DNA from: Clostridiales bacterium | GTDB lineage: Bacteria; Bacillota; Clostridia; Christensenellales; UBA1242 | Length of the DNA stretch: 64,000 bases | Assembly: GCA_015055905.1 (NCBI GenBank) | Contig: SVHI01000004.1 | Location: forward strand, 13,405 to 77,404 | Direction: 5' to 3' | Shown: piece after piece, positions 27,426 to 35,755 of the stretch | Layout: each line of letters starts with the position of its first letter | Numbering within the stretch: the first letter of the stretch is position 1 | Made by a program: the position numbers and the translations under genes | The notes under the pieces: model-generated | What the model was told of the DNA's origin: nothing | The model's input: only the letters and a program-made list of their open reading frames with translations | The model's database searches: none

Positions 27426-27440
27426 TAAGCCTCTTTTTTT
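27414..27440 (+). terminator. Rho-independent terminator ending the island
   Basis: AAGAGGC-ataataa-GCCTCTT followed by a T-run. Confidence 0.75.
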
Positions 27441-27566
27441 AATGCCCGTTTTTTGTTAATTAATAAAAATACTTGATTTTAGGTAAATGTTATAATATAA
27501 TAAAACCAACAATTAAAGTTTTTTTTGAATATTTTAATTTGTAATGTTTAATAGGTGGATACTTTT

Positions 27567-28673
27567 ATGTCTTACAAAAACACTATGAAACTCTTTGTTT
27601 CTAATTTTGCACTTGCTTGGAAACAACTAGTATACTTATTTTGCTGTGCGGTTTTATTTGCGCTTTGCACCTACACTCTTGTAACACCAATCATTGATGT
27701 TTTGAGAGCAGCCGGTCTTGGAACACAACTTAGAGACTTTTTCTCAACAATCTATAGTTCTCCAAAGAGCGTATCATTCCAACTCAGCAATGTTATTGAA
27801 CTTGTTTTTGCATCAATTATTGGAAATATGTCAAAAATCTATTTGAATTTAATAGCGGCAATTTTGCTTTGTATTATCTTGCCATACATTTTAATTCAAA
27901 TGTCGATTTTTAATATGTCTTCAATTCTTCATCAAAAACTCACAATGAATATGGAAGTGAATTACATTAGAAATGGCGTTAGCAAACTAGGTGAGTCATT
28001 TAGATTTGCACTCACAAACCTCTTGCTTAACTTGCCGGTGATTGCAATCACTATTCTTTTGCTTTATGCTTACATTTCATTCTCAACAACAATTTTAAAA
28101 TCACTCATTGGTCTTGTTGTGTTATCAACTCTTTTGATTATTATTGAATCAATCAAAATTGCTTTCACAACTTATTACACAGGTCTTGTCGTTGCTGATA
28201 AACAAAGTCCACTTAAAGCTTTCACAAAAAGCATTCCAGTTGTTCTTAAAAATTTCTGGAAACTTTTAGGTCAAAGCATTGTTATTTTTCTCACCGTTAT
28301 TCTTATTAACGGCGTGATTTCAATCTTCACATTTTTTGCAGGTATTCTTTTTACAATTCCTGCAACAATGATGCTTATTTGTATTTTCAAGATTATAACT
28401 TACTTAAACCTCAGCGAAAACAGATATTACTTGAGTGATTCTGTTATTTATAATCCACTTAAATACAACGTTAAGAAAGACGACTATGTTGCGACTTTTG
28501 TTTCTCCTGAGGAAACTAAAGAAATCACAACAACAAAAATGAAAAACAAGTATTCAAAAAAGGCTTTAAATGCAAAACCAAAGAAAGAAAAAAGTGCCAA
28601 AAAAACTAAAAGCACTAAAAATAAAAATTTAAAAGAAAACAAAAAAACTAAAAAATTAAAAGTAAAAGGATAA
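27567..28673 (+). CDS. Polytopic membrane protein with a polybasic C-terminal tail
   Basis: AGGTGGA RBS lies 7 nt before ATG 27567 (the track starts at GTG 27555). Multiple hydrophobic helices. The C-terminal about 50 aa are Lys-rich (KKALNAKPKKEKSAKKTKSTKNKNLKENKKTKKLKVKG). Confidence 0.7.
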   Translation: MSYKNTMKLFVSNFALAWKQLVYLFCCAVLFALCTYTLVTPIIDVLRAAGLGTQLRDFFSTIYSSPKSVSFQLSNVIELVFASIIGNMSKIYLNLIAAILLCIILPYILIQMSIFNMSSILHQKLTMNMEVNYIRNGVSKLGESFRFALTNLLLNLPVIAITILLLYAYISFSTTILKSLIGLVVLSTLLIIIESIKIAFTTYYTGLVVADKQSPLKAFTKSIPVVLKNFWKLLGQSIVIFLTVILINGVISIFTFFAGILFTIPATMMLICIFKIITYLNLSENRYYLSDSVIYNPLKYNVKKDDYVATFVSPEETKEITTTKMKNKYSKKALNAKPKKEKSAKKTKSTKNKNLKENKKTKKLKVKG

Positions 28674-28674
28674 T

Positions 28675-30570
28675 ATGGAAGGAAATAATCAAAACGAAAA
28701 TTTCAAGCCAACCAAAAAAAGAACCTTTACTGAAACTGAACAAAATGCGGGTTCTTATAACGTTGGAATGAAAAAGAAATCAAACAATGTTTCAAATCAA
28801 ACAAAACAAAAAATTATGAATCATTTAAACAACATTAACCCTGATGCAAAATTCGAGAATATGGAACAAGAAATTTTGTTATCAAAGGGTGACGCTAATG
28901 CGGCTGCAAAAAAACAAAAAGGACCAAATAAACTCAAAGTTATTTTCCTTGGCGGTGTTGGCGAAATTGGAAAAAACATCACAGCACTTGAGTATGGCAA
29001 TGATATTGTTATTATTGACTCAGGTCTTGCGTTTCCAAGTGAAGATATGCCTGGAATCGACCTTGTTATTCCAGACTTCACATACTTAAAAGAAAACGCT
29101 CACAAGGTTCGTGGTATTTTAATCACTCACGGACACGAAGACCATATTGGAAGTTTGCCATATTTGTTAAGAGACATCAAAGCGCCAATCTATGGCAGCC
29201 AAATGTCACTCACACTTATCGACAACAAAATTAGAGAACATAAACTTACTGGTATTAAAGGTATTTGTGTTAAGCCAGGATATGCTGTTAAAGTTGGTTG
29301 TTTTAACGTTGAGTTTGTTAAAGTTAACCACTCAATTCCTGGGGCATTTGCTCTTTCAATCGACACACCAGCAGGTCTTATTTTCCATACTGGTGACTTT
29401 AAAATTGACTTTGAGCCAATAGACGGCGAAGTTATTGACCTTTCACGTATTGCTGAAATCGGCAGAAAAGGCGTAACTCTTCTTCTTGGCGAAAGCACAA
29501 ACGTTGAAAGACCAGGCTACACAATCTCTGAAAAAAGAGTAGGTGAAAACCTTGAAAAAGTGTTTATTGAAAATCCAACAAGAAGAATCTTTGTTGCAAC
29601 ATTCTCAAGTAACATTTATAGAGTTGAACAAATCATTGACCTTGCAATTAAATATAACAGACGCGTTGCAGTTGTTGGAAGAAGTATGATTAACAACATC
29701 GATGCTGGTATGAAAATTGGCTTATTCAAATTCAACAAAAACGTGTTTGTTGATATTGAAAAAATCTCTTCACTTGAAGATAAGAATGTTCTTGTTCTTT
29801 CAACTGGAAGCCAAGGCGAACCAGCAAGTGCACTTTCAAGACTTGCAAGTGGCGAGTTTTCAAAAGTTGAAATTGGTGACAATGATACAGTTATCTTCTC
29901 AAGTTCTCCAATTCCAGGAAATGAAAAAATGGTTAACGATGTTATCAACAACCTCTACAAAAAGGGTGCTATTGTTGTAACTGAAAACGTTCACTCTTCA
30001 GGTCACGCTTGTCAAGAAGAACTCAAAACTATCCACAATCTCATCAATCCAAAATTCTTTATTCCTGTTCACGGCGAATATAGACACTTAAAAGAACACA
30101 CAATTTTGGCTGAAAAACTTGGTATGCCAAAAACAAACATCTTTATTCCAGAAATTGGAAATGTTATTGAACTCACAAAAACAACAATGGTTCATAAAGG
30201 CAATGTTCAAGCAGGCGAGCAACTTGTTGACGGTCTTGGAATCGGCGATGTTGGAAGCGTTGTATTAAGAGACAGAAAACTCCTTTCAGAAGACGGTCTT
30301 GTTATTGTTGTTCTTGGTGTTTCTGACTCAACAGGCGAACTTGTTAACGAACCATATTTAATCACACGTGGCTTTGTTTATACAGGCGAAGCAGAGAAAC
30401 TTAATGAAGAAGCAAAACTTGTTCTTCACGACACTCTTGCAACAATTGATATGAGAAGCAATCACGATTGGAATGATATTAGAAACCAAATTAGAAAACC
30501 TCTTAGAAACTTCTTCTACAAAAAGACTATGAGAACACCTATGATTCTTCCAATCATATTTAGAGTATAG
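28675..30570 (+). CDS. rnj: Ribonuclease J (metallo-beta-lactamase/beta-CASP) with an N-terminal extension of about 85 aa
   Basis: LKVIFLGGVGEIGKN, HGHEDHIG and beta-CASP-region strings (GDFKID, SGHA) are present. The ATG lies 1 nt after the upstream stop. Confidence 0.9.
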   Translation: MEGNNQNENFKPTKKRTFTETEQNAGSYNVGMKKKSNNVSNQTKQKIMNHLNNINPDAKFENMEQEILLSKGDANAAAKKQKGPNKLKVIFLGGVGEIGKNITALEYGNDIVIIDSGLAFPSEDMPGIDLVIPDFTYLKENAHKVRGILITHGHEDHIGSLPYLLRDIKAPIYGSQMSLTLIDNKIREHKLTGIKGICVKPGYAVKVGCFNVEFVKVNHSIPGAFALSIDTPAGLIFHTGDFKIDFEPIDGEVIDLSRIAEIGRKGVTLLLGESTNVERPGYTISEKRVGENLEKVFIENPTRRIFVATFSSNIYRVEQIIDLAIKYNRRVAVVGRSMINNIDAGMKIGLFKFNKNVFVDIEKISSLEDKNVLVLSTGSQGEPASALSRLASGEFSKVEIGDNDTVIFSSSPIPGNEKMVNDVINNLYKKGAIVVTENVHSSGHACQEELKTIHNLINPKFFIPVHGEYRHLKEHTILAEKLGMPKTNIFIPEIGNVIELTKTTMVHKGNVQAGEQLVDGLGIGDVGSVVLRDRKLLSEDGLVIVVLGVSDSTGELVNEPYLITRGFVYTGEAEKLNEEAKLVLHDTLATIDMRSNHDWNDIRNQIRKPLRNFFYKKTMRTPMILPIIFRV

Positions 30571-30572
30571 TT

Positions 30573-31181
30573 ATGGAATTAAAACAATTAAAACAAAACG
30601 CAACAATGTATGGCGTTCCAGTAATTCGAACTGAAAGCCATAATATTTTAGAAAATGAAGTTATTAAAACAAAACCAAATCACATTCTTGAAATTGGAAC
30701 AGCGATTGGCTACAGCGGAATAACAATGCTTAAAGCATCAACCGCAGACCTTGTTACAATCGAGCATAATAAAGACTATATCAAGCAAGCAAAGAAGAAC
30801 TTTGCCGCTCACAAGTTTTCAAAACGTGTGAGAATTGAAGAGGGCGATTGTTTAGTAATTTTAGCGAATATGGCAGCATCTGGAAAATATAATAATTATT
30901 TTGATTTTGTTTTTCTTGATGGGCCAAAAGCACAATATGAAACAATGCTTGACCTAATAGTGATGATGTTAAAGCCTAACGGAACATTTGTTGCTGACAA
31001 TGTTCTTTTTAGGGGTTATGTTGAAGGCGAAAACAAGCCTGCTTCAAGGCGTTATAAAACAATTATTGACAGACTTAATAGATTTATTGAGTCTTGCAAG
31101 AACCATAAAGATTTGACTGATTTCGAATTAAAAAATGTTGAAGACGGAATGATTTTTGCAAAAAAGAGGACAGAATGTTAA
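30573..31181 (+). CDS. trmR: Class I SAM-dependent O-methyltransferase, YrrM/TrmR-like
   Basis: ILEIGTAIGYS (SAM motif I) and FDFVFLDGPK. It is adjacent to a U32 peptidase-family gene, as in the B. subtilis yrrM-yrrN-yrrO locus. Confidence 0.7.
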   Translation: MELKQLKQNATMYGVPVIRTESHNILENEVIKTKPNHILEIGTAIGYSGITMLKASTADLVTIEHNKDYIKQAKKNFAAHKFSKRVRIEEGDCLVILANMAASGKYNNYFDFVFLDGPKAQYETMLDLIVMMLKPNGTFVADNVLFRGYVEGENKPASRRYKTIIDRLNRFIESCKNHKDLTDFELKNVEDGMIFAKKRTEC

Positions 31182-32398
31182 AAAAGAAAATTGAAATTTT
31201 GGCTCCTGCAGGAGATTTTGAAAAACTTAAAACAGCATTGCACTTCGGCGCTGATGCTGTTTATTTTGCTGGAAAAAATTATGGCCTTAGAGCCTTTGGA
31301 ACAAACTTTGAAAGTATGTCAATCAAAGACACTATGGACTATATTCACAGTCACGGAAAAAAGGGTTATGTGACGCTCAATGTCTATGCTAGACATAACG
31401 ATTTTGACGGCTTGAAAGACTATGTTCAAACCCTTGTTGACGCCGGTGTTGACGCGGTTATTATTTCGGACCTTGGAATTTTCTCATTTGTTCACGAAAA
31501 CTTTCCAAACCTTGAAATTCACGTTTCAACCCAAGCAAACACAACAAATGCCTACGCTGCAAAAATGTGGGGCAAACTTGGCGCAAAGCGTATCGTTCTT
31601 GCAAGAGAACTTGACATTGACGAAATCAAAAACATCACCAAACAAAACCCAGACCTTGATTTTGAAGCCTTTATTCACGGGGCAATGTGCATAAGCTACA
31701 GCGGAAGATGTTTGCTTTCAAACTATCTCACAAACCGTGATTCAAACCACGGCGAGTGTGTGCAAGCGTGCAGATGGAAATATTCAGTAACTGAAGAATC
31801 AAGACCTGACGAAAAGCTCGACCTTTTGGAAGATGACAGAGGAACTTATATTTTTAATAGCAAAGACCTTTGCTTGATTGACTATCTTGACAAGATTGAA
31901 GAGGCAGGAATTTTTAGCCTTAAAATTGAAGGAAGAATGAAGTCTCCATATTATGTTGCAACAGTTGTTAACGCATATAAGAGAGCTTATGAACACCTTG
32001 AAAAGTGTAGAGAAGAAGGAAAAGAATATACTGTTCCTGAAGAACTCAAAAAGGAACTCACAAAAGCAAGTCACAGAAAATATACCACTGGCTTTATGTT
32101 CAGCGACGGAAAACCAACACAAAACTATGAGTCTTCAATTCAAGAACAAGACAGCAAATTTATGGCTATTGTTTTAAAGGCAGAAAACGGCAGAATTTTA
32201 ATTGAACAAAGAAACAAATTCCGTCTTGGCGATAGTTTAGAAATTCTTTCACCAACTGATTCATTCAATAAAGTAATCAAAGTTGACAGAATGGAAGATG
32301 AAGACGGCAACATTGTTGAAGAAGCAAAAAATGTTCAACAAAAATTGTGGGTCTACACAGATATCCCAGTTGAGGCTGGTGACATACTGAGAAAATAG
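31175..32398 (+). CDS. Peptidase U32 family protein (YrrO/TrhP-like, linked to tRNA U34 hydroxylation)
   Basis: U32 signature EAFIHGAMCISYSGRCLLS. It overlaps the upstream methyltransferase gene by 7 nt. Confidence 0.8.
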   Translation: MLKKKIEILAPAGDFEKLKTALHFGADAVYFAGKNYGLRAFGTNFESMSIKDTMDYIHSHGKKGYVTLNVYARHNDFDGLKDYVQTLVDAGVDAVIISDLGIFSFVHENFPNLEIHVSTQANTTNAYAAKMWGKLGAKRIVLARELDIDEIKNITKQNPDLDFEAFIHGAMCISYSGRCLLSNYLTNRDSNHGECVQACRWKYSVTEESRPDEKLDLLEDDRGTYIFNSKDLCLIDYLDKIEEAGIFSLKIEGRMKSPYYVATVVNAYKRAYEHLEKCREEGKEYTVPEELKKELTKASHRKYTTGFMFSDGKPTQNYESSIQEQDSKFMAIVLKAENGRILIEQRNKFRLGDSLEILSPTDSFNKVIKVDRMEDEDGNIVEEAKNVQQKLWVYTDIPVEAGDILRK

Positions 32399-32423
32399 AT
32401 AGAGAAACCTCTATCTTTTTTTT
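32397..32423 (+). terminator. Rho-independent terminator
   Basis: AGATAGAG-aaac-CTCTATCT followed by T7. Confidence 0.8.
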
Positions 32424-32469
32424 ATACATTTTTCGACAAATAGAAACATAAACTTAAATTGGGGGTTTT

Positions 32470-33156
32470 ATGTTTCTAAGTAGTTTTTTAAATTTTTTAT
32501 GTAAAATTTTATTTTTAACAGGAAGAATAGACAACAGTGCTTTCGAAAAACCATTAACGGAAAAAGAAGAAAAAGAGAACTTTTTAAAAATGAAACAAGG
32601 CGACAAAAAAGCAGAGGAAATTTTAATCAAACACAACCTAAGACTTGTTGCACACATTTCAAAAAAATATAAGAATTCTTCTATTGATAATGAAGACTTA
32701 ATTTCGATTGGCTCAATTGGATTAATGAAAGCAATAAAAACTTTTGACTATAACAAAGGAAATAGTTTTTCAACCTACGCATCAAGGTGCATTGAAAATG
32801 AAATTTTGATGACATTCCGTTCAGACAAAAAGAACGCACAATCGGTTTATCTTGACGACATAATTTCAGTCGATAAAGATGGCAATAATTTGTCGCTATA
32901 TGAAGTGCTTTGTGACAACTCTCCAAGTGTTGATAAACAGATTGAAAATAAAATTATTTATAAGAAAGTTGAAAAGATAATCAAGACAAAATTAGACGAG
33001 AGGGAAAGGGAAATTATCATCAAAAGATTTGGGCTTTGCGGAGAGATTCCAAGAACACAAATTGAACTTGCAGAAGAGATAAATATCTCAAGGTCATACA
33101 TTTCAAGACTCGAGAAAAAAGCAATTAAAACAATTCAAGAGTATATTATTTTATAG
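32470..33156 (+). CDS. sigK: Sporulation sigma factor of the SigK/SigE family (SigK-like) with a short pro-sequence
   Basis: NSAFEKPLTEKEE corresponds to B. subtilis SigK NNAFPQPLSSSEE. HNLRLVAHISKKY, DLISIGSIGLMKAI, YASRCIENEILM and ISRSYISRLEKKA are present. About 20 hydrophobic residues precede the conserved start. Confidence 0.8.
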   Translation: MFLSSFLNFLCKILFLTGRIDNSAFEKPLTEKEEKENFLKMKQGDKKAEEILIKHNLRLVAHISKKYKNSSIDNEDLISIGSIGLMKAIKTFDYNKGNSFSTYASRCIENEILMTFRSDKKNAQSVYLDDIISVDKDGNNLSLYEVLCDNSPSVDKQIENKIIYKKVEKIIKTKLDEREREIIIKRFGLCGEIPRTQIELAEEINISRSYISRLEKKAIKTIQEYIIL

Positions 33157-33243
33157 TTTTTGTGTTTATTTTGCGTTTTTTAGTTTTTTAAGTATTTTTC
33201 ACATCATAATTATTTTAATACAAAAAACAACAAAAACATAACA

Positions 33244-33272
33244 TTGACAAGCGAGAAAAATAGTAGTATAAT
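33244..33272 (+). promoter_or_regulatory. Consensus sigma-A promoter of rnpB
   Basis: TTGACA (33244-33249), a 17-nt spacer, then TATAAT (33267-33272). Confidence 0.8.
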
Positions 33273-33278
33273 ATTTAT

Positions 33279-33598
33279 GTTAGTTGGATGAACGCGCACT
33301 ATCTAGTGTGAGGAAAGTCCGAGCACCGCAGAGCAATCACGCTTGATAACGTCAAGCCAAGGTGACTTGAGGAAAAGTGCAACAGAAAGATACCGCCAAG
33401 AAATTGGTAAGGGTGAAAAAGTGAGGTAAGAGCTCACTCAAGATATTGGTGACAATAACTTGCTGTAAACTCCGTGAGGTGCAAGGTGTGGAACGTATGG
33501 GCTGCTCGCTCGTTCCCGTGACCGCTTGAATGCAGTAGCAATATTGCATCTAGATTGATGTTCATCTTTAATGACAGAACTCGGCTTACAGACTAACA
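33279..33598 (+). ncRNA. rnpB: RNase P RNA, bacterial type A architecture, compact (about 320 nt)
   Basis: Conserved blocks are GAGGAAAGTCCG, GTGCAACAGAAAGATACCGCC, GGTAAGGGTGAAA, GGTAAGAGC, GTAAACTCC, CTAGAT and ACAGAACTCGGCTTA. The P1 helix pairs GTTAGT (33279-33284) with ACTAAC (33592-33597). Ends are approximate. Confidence 0.9.
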
Positions 33599-33626
33599 GA
33601 CGACAATTTATTTGTCGTCTTTTTTA
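33598..33626 (+). terminator. Rho-independent terminator of rnpB
   Basis: AGACGACAA-tttat-TTGTCGTCT followed by T6. Confidence 0.85.
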
Positions 33627-33644
33627 TTTTAAAAATATATTTTA

Positions 33645-34385
33645 TTGAAAACATTAATAGTAATGGCATTGTTTTTAATTTTATTGCTAATTGCGGTTAT
33701 ATTGTATATTTTTACATTATTTTTGAATTATTTTGCGTTTTTTGATATTAATTTAAAATGCAACTTATCTCTGTTTTTTAATAGAAAAACTAAGTTTGAC
33801 TACAAGCAAATCAAACCAACAAAAATTAATTCACTTTTCAAATATTGCTTTTCAAATCAAAATTCACTCTACTCAAACAAGCACATAAATTTAAATAAAG
33901 AATTCATTTTAAAATTATCTTCTTTTGTCGACAATCAAACAAAAGAAAACAAACAAAAGTTTAGAGCAATAAAAAACAACATCTTAATCGATGCCGTGGC
34001 TCGACATATTATTTCAACTCTCATTATCTTACAAAAACCTATTTTGTTTAGCGAACTAAAAAAACAAATCGTTACCTTTAAACTAAATAAAAAAGAGATT
34101 GGCGTTATCAAAATTCTTTTAACAAAATATCTTCTTTTTTCTCTGGCAAAAAACTACATTTTTTCAATCAGGGTTGATAAGAAAATAAAGAGGTTTATTG
34201 CCTCGAAAAAATATTCTATAAATAATTATTCTCTTGCTGGGTCTTACGCCATTCAAAAATTCAACCCAAACGCCGAAATGTTTAAACAAAATCTTCCTTC
34301 GCCAATGCCTTTGATTGACAGAATTTGCAGGGTTTACAATCTCAATAAACTAATGGTTCTTTATTTAAAAGTTCTCTATAAATAA
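33645..34385 (+). CDS. Hypothetical N-terminally anchored Lys/Asn-rich protein
   Basis: N-terminal TM LIVMALFLILLLIAVILYIFTLFL. No motif recognised. The start is uncertain (TTG 33645 or ATG 33663). Confidence 0.45.
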   Translation: MKTLIVMALFLILLLIAVILYIFTLFLNYFAFFDINLKCNLSLFFNRKTKFDYKQIKPTKINSLFKYCFSNQNSLYSNKHINLNKEFILKLSSFVDNQTKENKQKFRAIKNNILIDAVARHIISTLIILQKPILFSELKKQIVTFKLNKKEIGVIKILLTKYLLFSLAKNYIFSIRVDKKIKRFIASKKYSINNYSLAGSYAIQKFNPNAEMFKQNLPSPMPLIDRICRVYNLNKLMVLYLKVLYK

Positions 34386-34446
34386 AATCTTTCCTTTACA
34401 AACAATTATAATTATGTTATAATTATAAACTAGTTGAGGAGGGGTT

Positions 34447-35748
34447 ATGGAAAATCTATTCACAGAGAACTCAAAAAAACTTGCACCGCTTGCCGACCGT
34501 ATGCGTCCAAAGTCTCTTGACGAGTTTTTAGGTCAAGAACATATTGTTGGAAAAAACAGTTTTTTAAGACGTGCAATTTCACTTGATAAACTTGGCAGTT
34601 GCATTTTCTATGGACCTCCAGGAACAGGCAAAACAACACTTGCCTCAATTATTGCAAACCAAACAAACAGCAACTTTGTTTCACTCAACGCTGTCTCTTG
34701 CGGCGTTGCAGATGTTAAACAAGTTATTGCTGATGCAAAATCAAATATTGAACTCTATGGCAAAAAAACATACCTCCTTTTAGATGAATGTCATAGATGG
34801 AACAAGGCTCAATCTGACTCAATGCTTGAGGCGATTGAAAAGGGACACATTATTTTTATTGGTTCAACAACCGAAAACCCATTTATGTCAATGACAAGAG
34901 CGATTGTTTCAAGATGCAGAGTTTTTGAGTTTAAACCACTCACAAAACAAAATATTCTTTCAGCCATCGACAGAGCACTTAACGACAAGGTTTCTGGTTT
35001 TGGCGAACTTGAAATAAATATTACCGATGAAGCAAAGGAATACTTTGCAAACTCTTCTGGAGGCGACGCAAGAGTTGCGCTTGGAAACTTGGAACTTGCA
35101 GTTCTTTCTGCCGAAAAAGAAAACGGCGTGACAAAAGTTGACGTTGAAGACGCTAAACAAGTTTGTATGCAATACAACAATTCCGTTGATGAAGACCTTT
35201 ATTTTGATATGCTTTCAGCATTTTGTAAAAGTTTAAGAGGCAGTGACGCTGATGCCGCACTTTACTGGGCACACAGACTCATTGCTGCAGGTTGCGACCC
35301 ACTTTTAATAATTAGACGACTTATGGCTCACGCAAGCGAAGATGTTGGCCTTGCAAACTCAAACGCTTTGGTTGTTGCAAACAGTGCTTGCCAAGCATAT
35401 CTTCAAATGGGAAAACCTGAAGGACTCATTCCGCTTTCTCACGCAATCATCTACGTTTGTATGAGTCCAAAATCAAATTCTGTTATTGTGGCAATGGAAA
35501 AGGCTCAAGCAGATGTTCAAAACACTTTTGTTGGGGCTGTTCCTAACCATTTAAAAAACCATAATTATTTTAATGAAAAAAGGGCAAAATATAAATATCC
35601 TCACAACTACGGCGGATATGTTGAACAACAATACTTGCCAGACGAAATCAAAGACCACATTTATTACATTCCATCAAAAAATGGAAGTGAGGCATCAATA
35701 AAATTGCCTGAACACAAAGAAAAACTTATTAATAATCAAGACAACTAG
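34447..35748 (+). CDS. rarA: Replication-associated recombination protein A (AAA+ ATPase)
   Basis: GPPGTGKTT Walker A, LLLDECHRWNK Walker B, and the MgsA C-terminal region (YWAHRLIAAGCDP). GAGGAGG RBS. Confidence 0.9.
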   Translation: MENLFTENSKKLAPLADRMRPKSLDEFLGQEHIVGKNSFLRRAISLDKLGSCIFYGPPGTGKTTLASIIANQTNSNFVSLNAVSCGVADVKQVIADAKSNIELYGKKTYLLLDECHRWNKAQSDSMLEAIEKGHIIFIGSTTENPFMSMTRAIVSRCRVFEFKPLTKQNILSAIDRALNDKVSGFGELEINITDEAKEYFANSSGGDARVALGNLELAVLSAEKENGVTKVDVEDAKQVCMQYNNSVDEDLYFDMLSAFCKSLRGSDADAALYWAHRLIAAGCDPLLIIRRLMAHASEDVGLANSNALVVANSACQAYLQMGKPEGLIPLSHAIIYVCMSPKSNSVIVAMEKAQADVQNTFVGAVPNHLKNHNYFNEKRAKYKYPHNYGGYVEQQYLPDEIKDHIYYIPSKNGSEASIKLPEHKEKLINNQDN

Positions 35749-35755
35749 GAGTTTT

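Larger units (their letters stand above)
13957..27440 (+). mobile_element. Phage-derived island with regulator, packaging, head module, an unknown structural-like operon and a holin. No integrase, replication, tail-tube/tape-measure or endolysin genes are recognisable.
   Basis: Contiguous TerL, portal, scaffold and capsid genes. The downstream genes are tightly coupled (ATGA/TAATG overlaps) and much more AT-rich. A holin-like last gene is followed by a rho-independent terminator. The island is flanked by the giant gene on the left and housekeeping genes on the right. Boundaries are inferred from gene content only; I saw no flanking direct repeats. Confidence 0.65.

Noticed and set aside
13552-27560. 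Direct repeats (att sites) flanking the phage-like island
   Set aside because: I compared the left (13552-13956) and right (27426-27566) junction regions by eye and found no shared repeat of 12 nt or more. I cannot exclude short or imperfect repeats without a computed alignment, so I claim no att site.
28821-32122. Numerous 60-110 aa ORFs on both strands overlapping rnj, the U32 gene and other housekeeping genes
   Set aside because: They are alternative-frame or antisense artefacts inside genes with clear family motifs.
32424-32469. A possible sigma-E/sigma-K-type promoter (CATAAACTTA) upstream of the sigK-like gene
   Set aside because: The upstream AC element is not at the expected 16-17 nt spacing, so the match is too weak to report as a feature.
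33352-33549. A 65-aa minus-strand ORF
   Set aside because: It is embedded antisense in the RNase P RNA gene.
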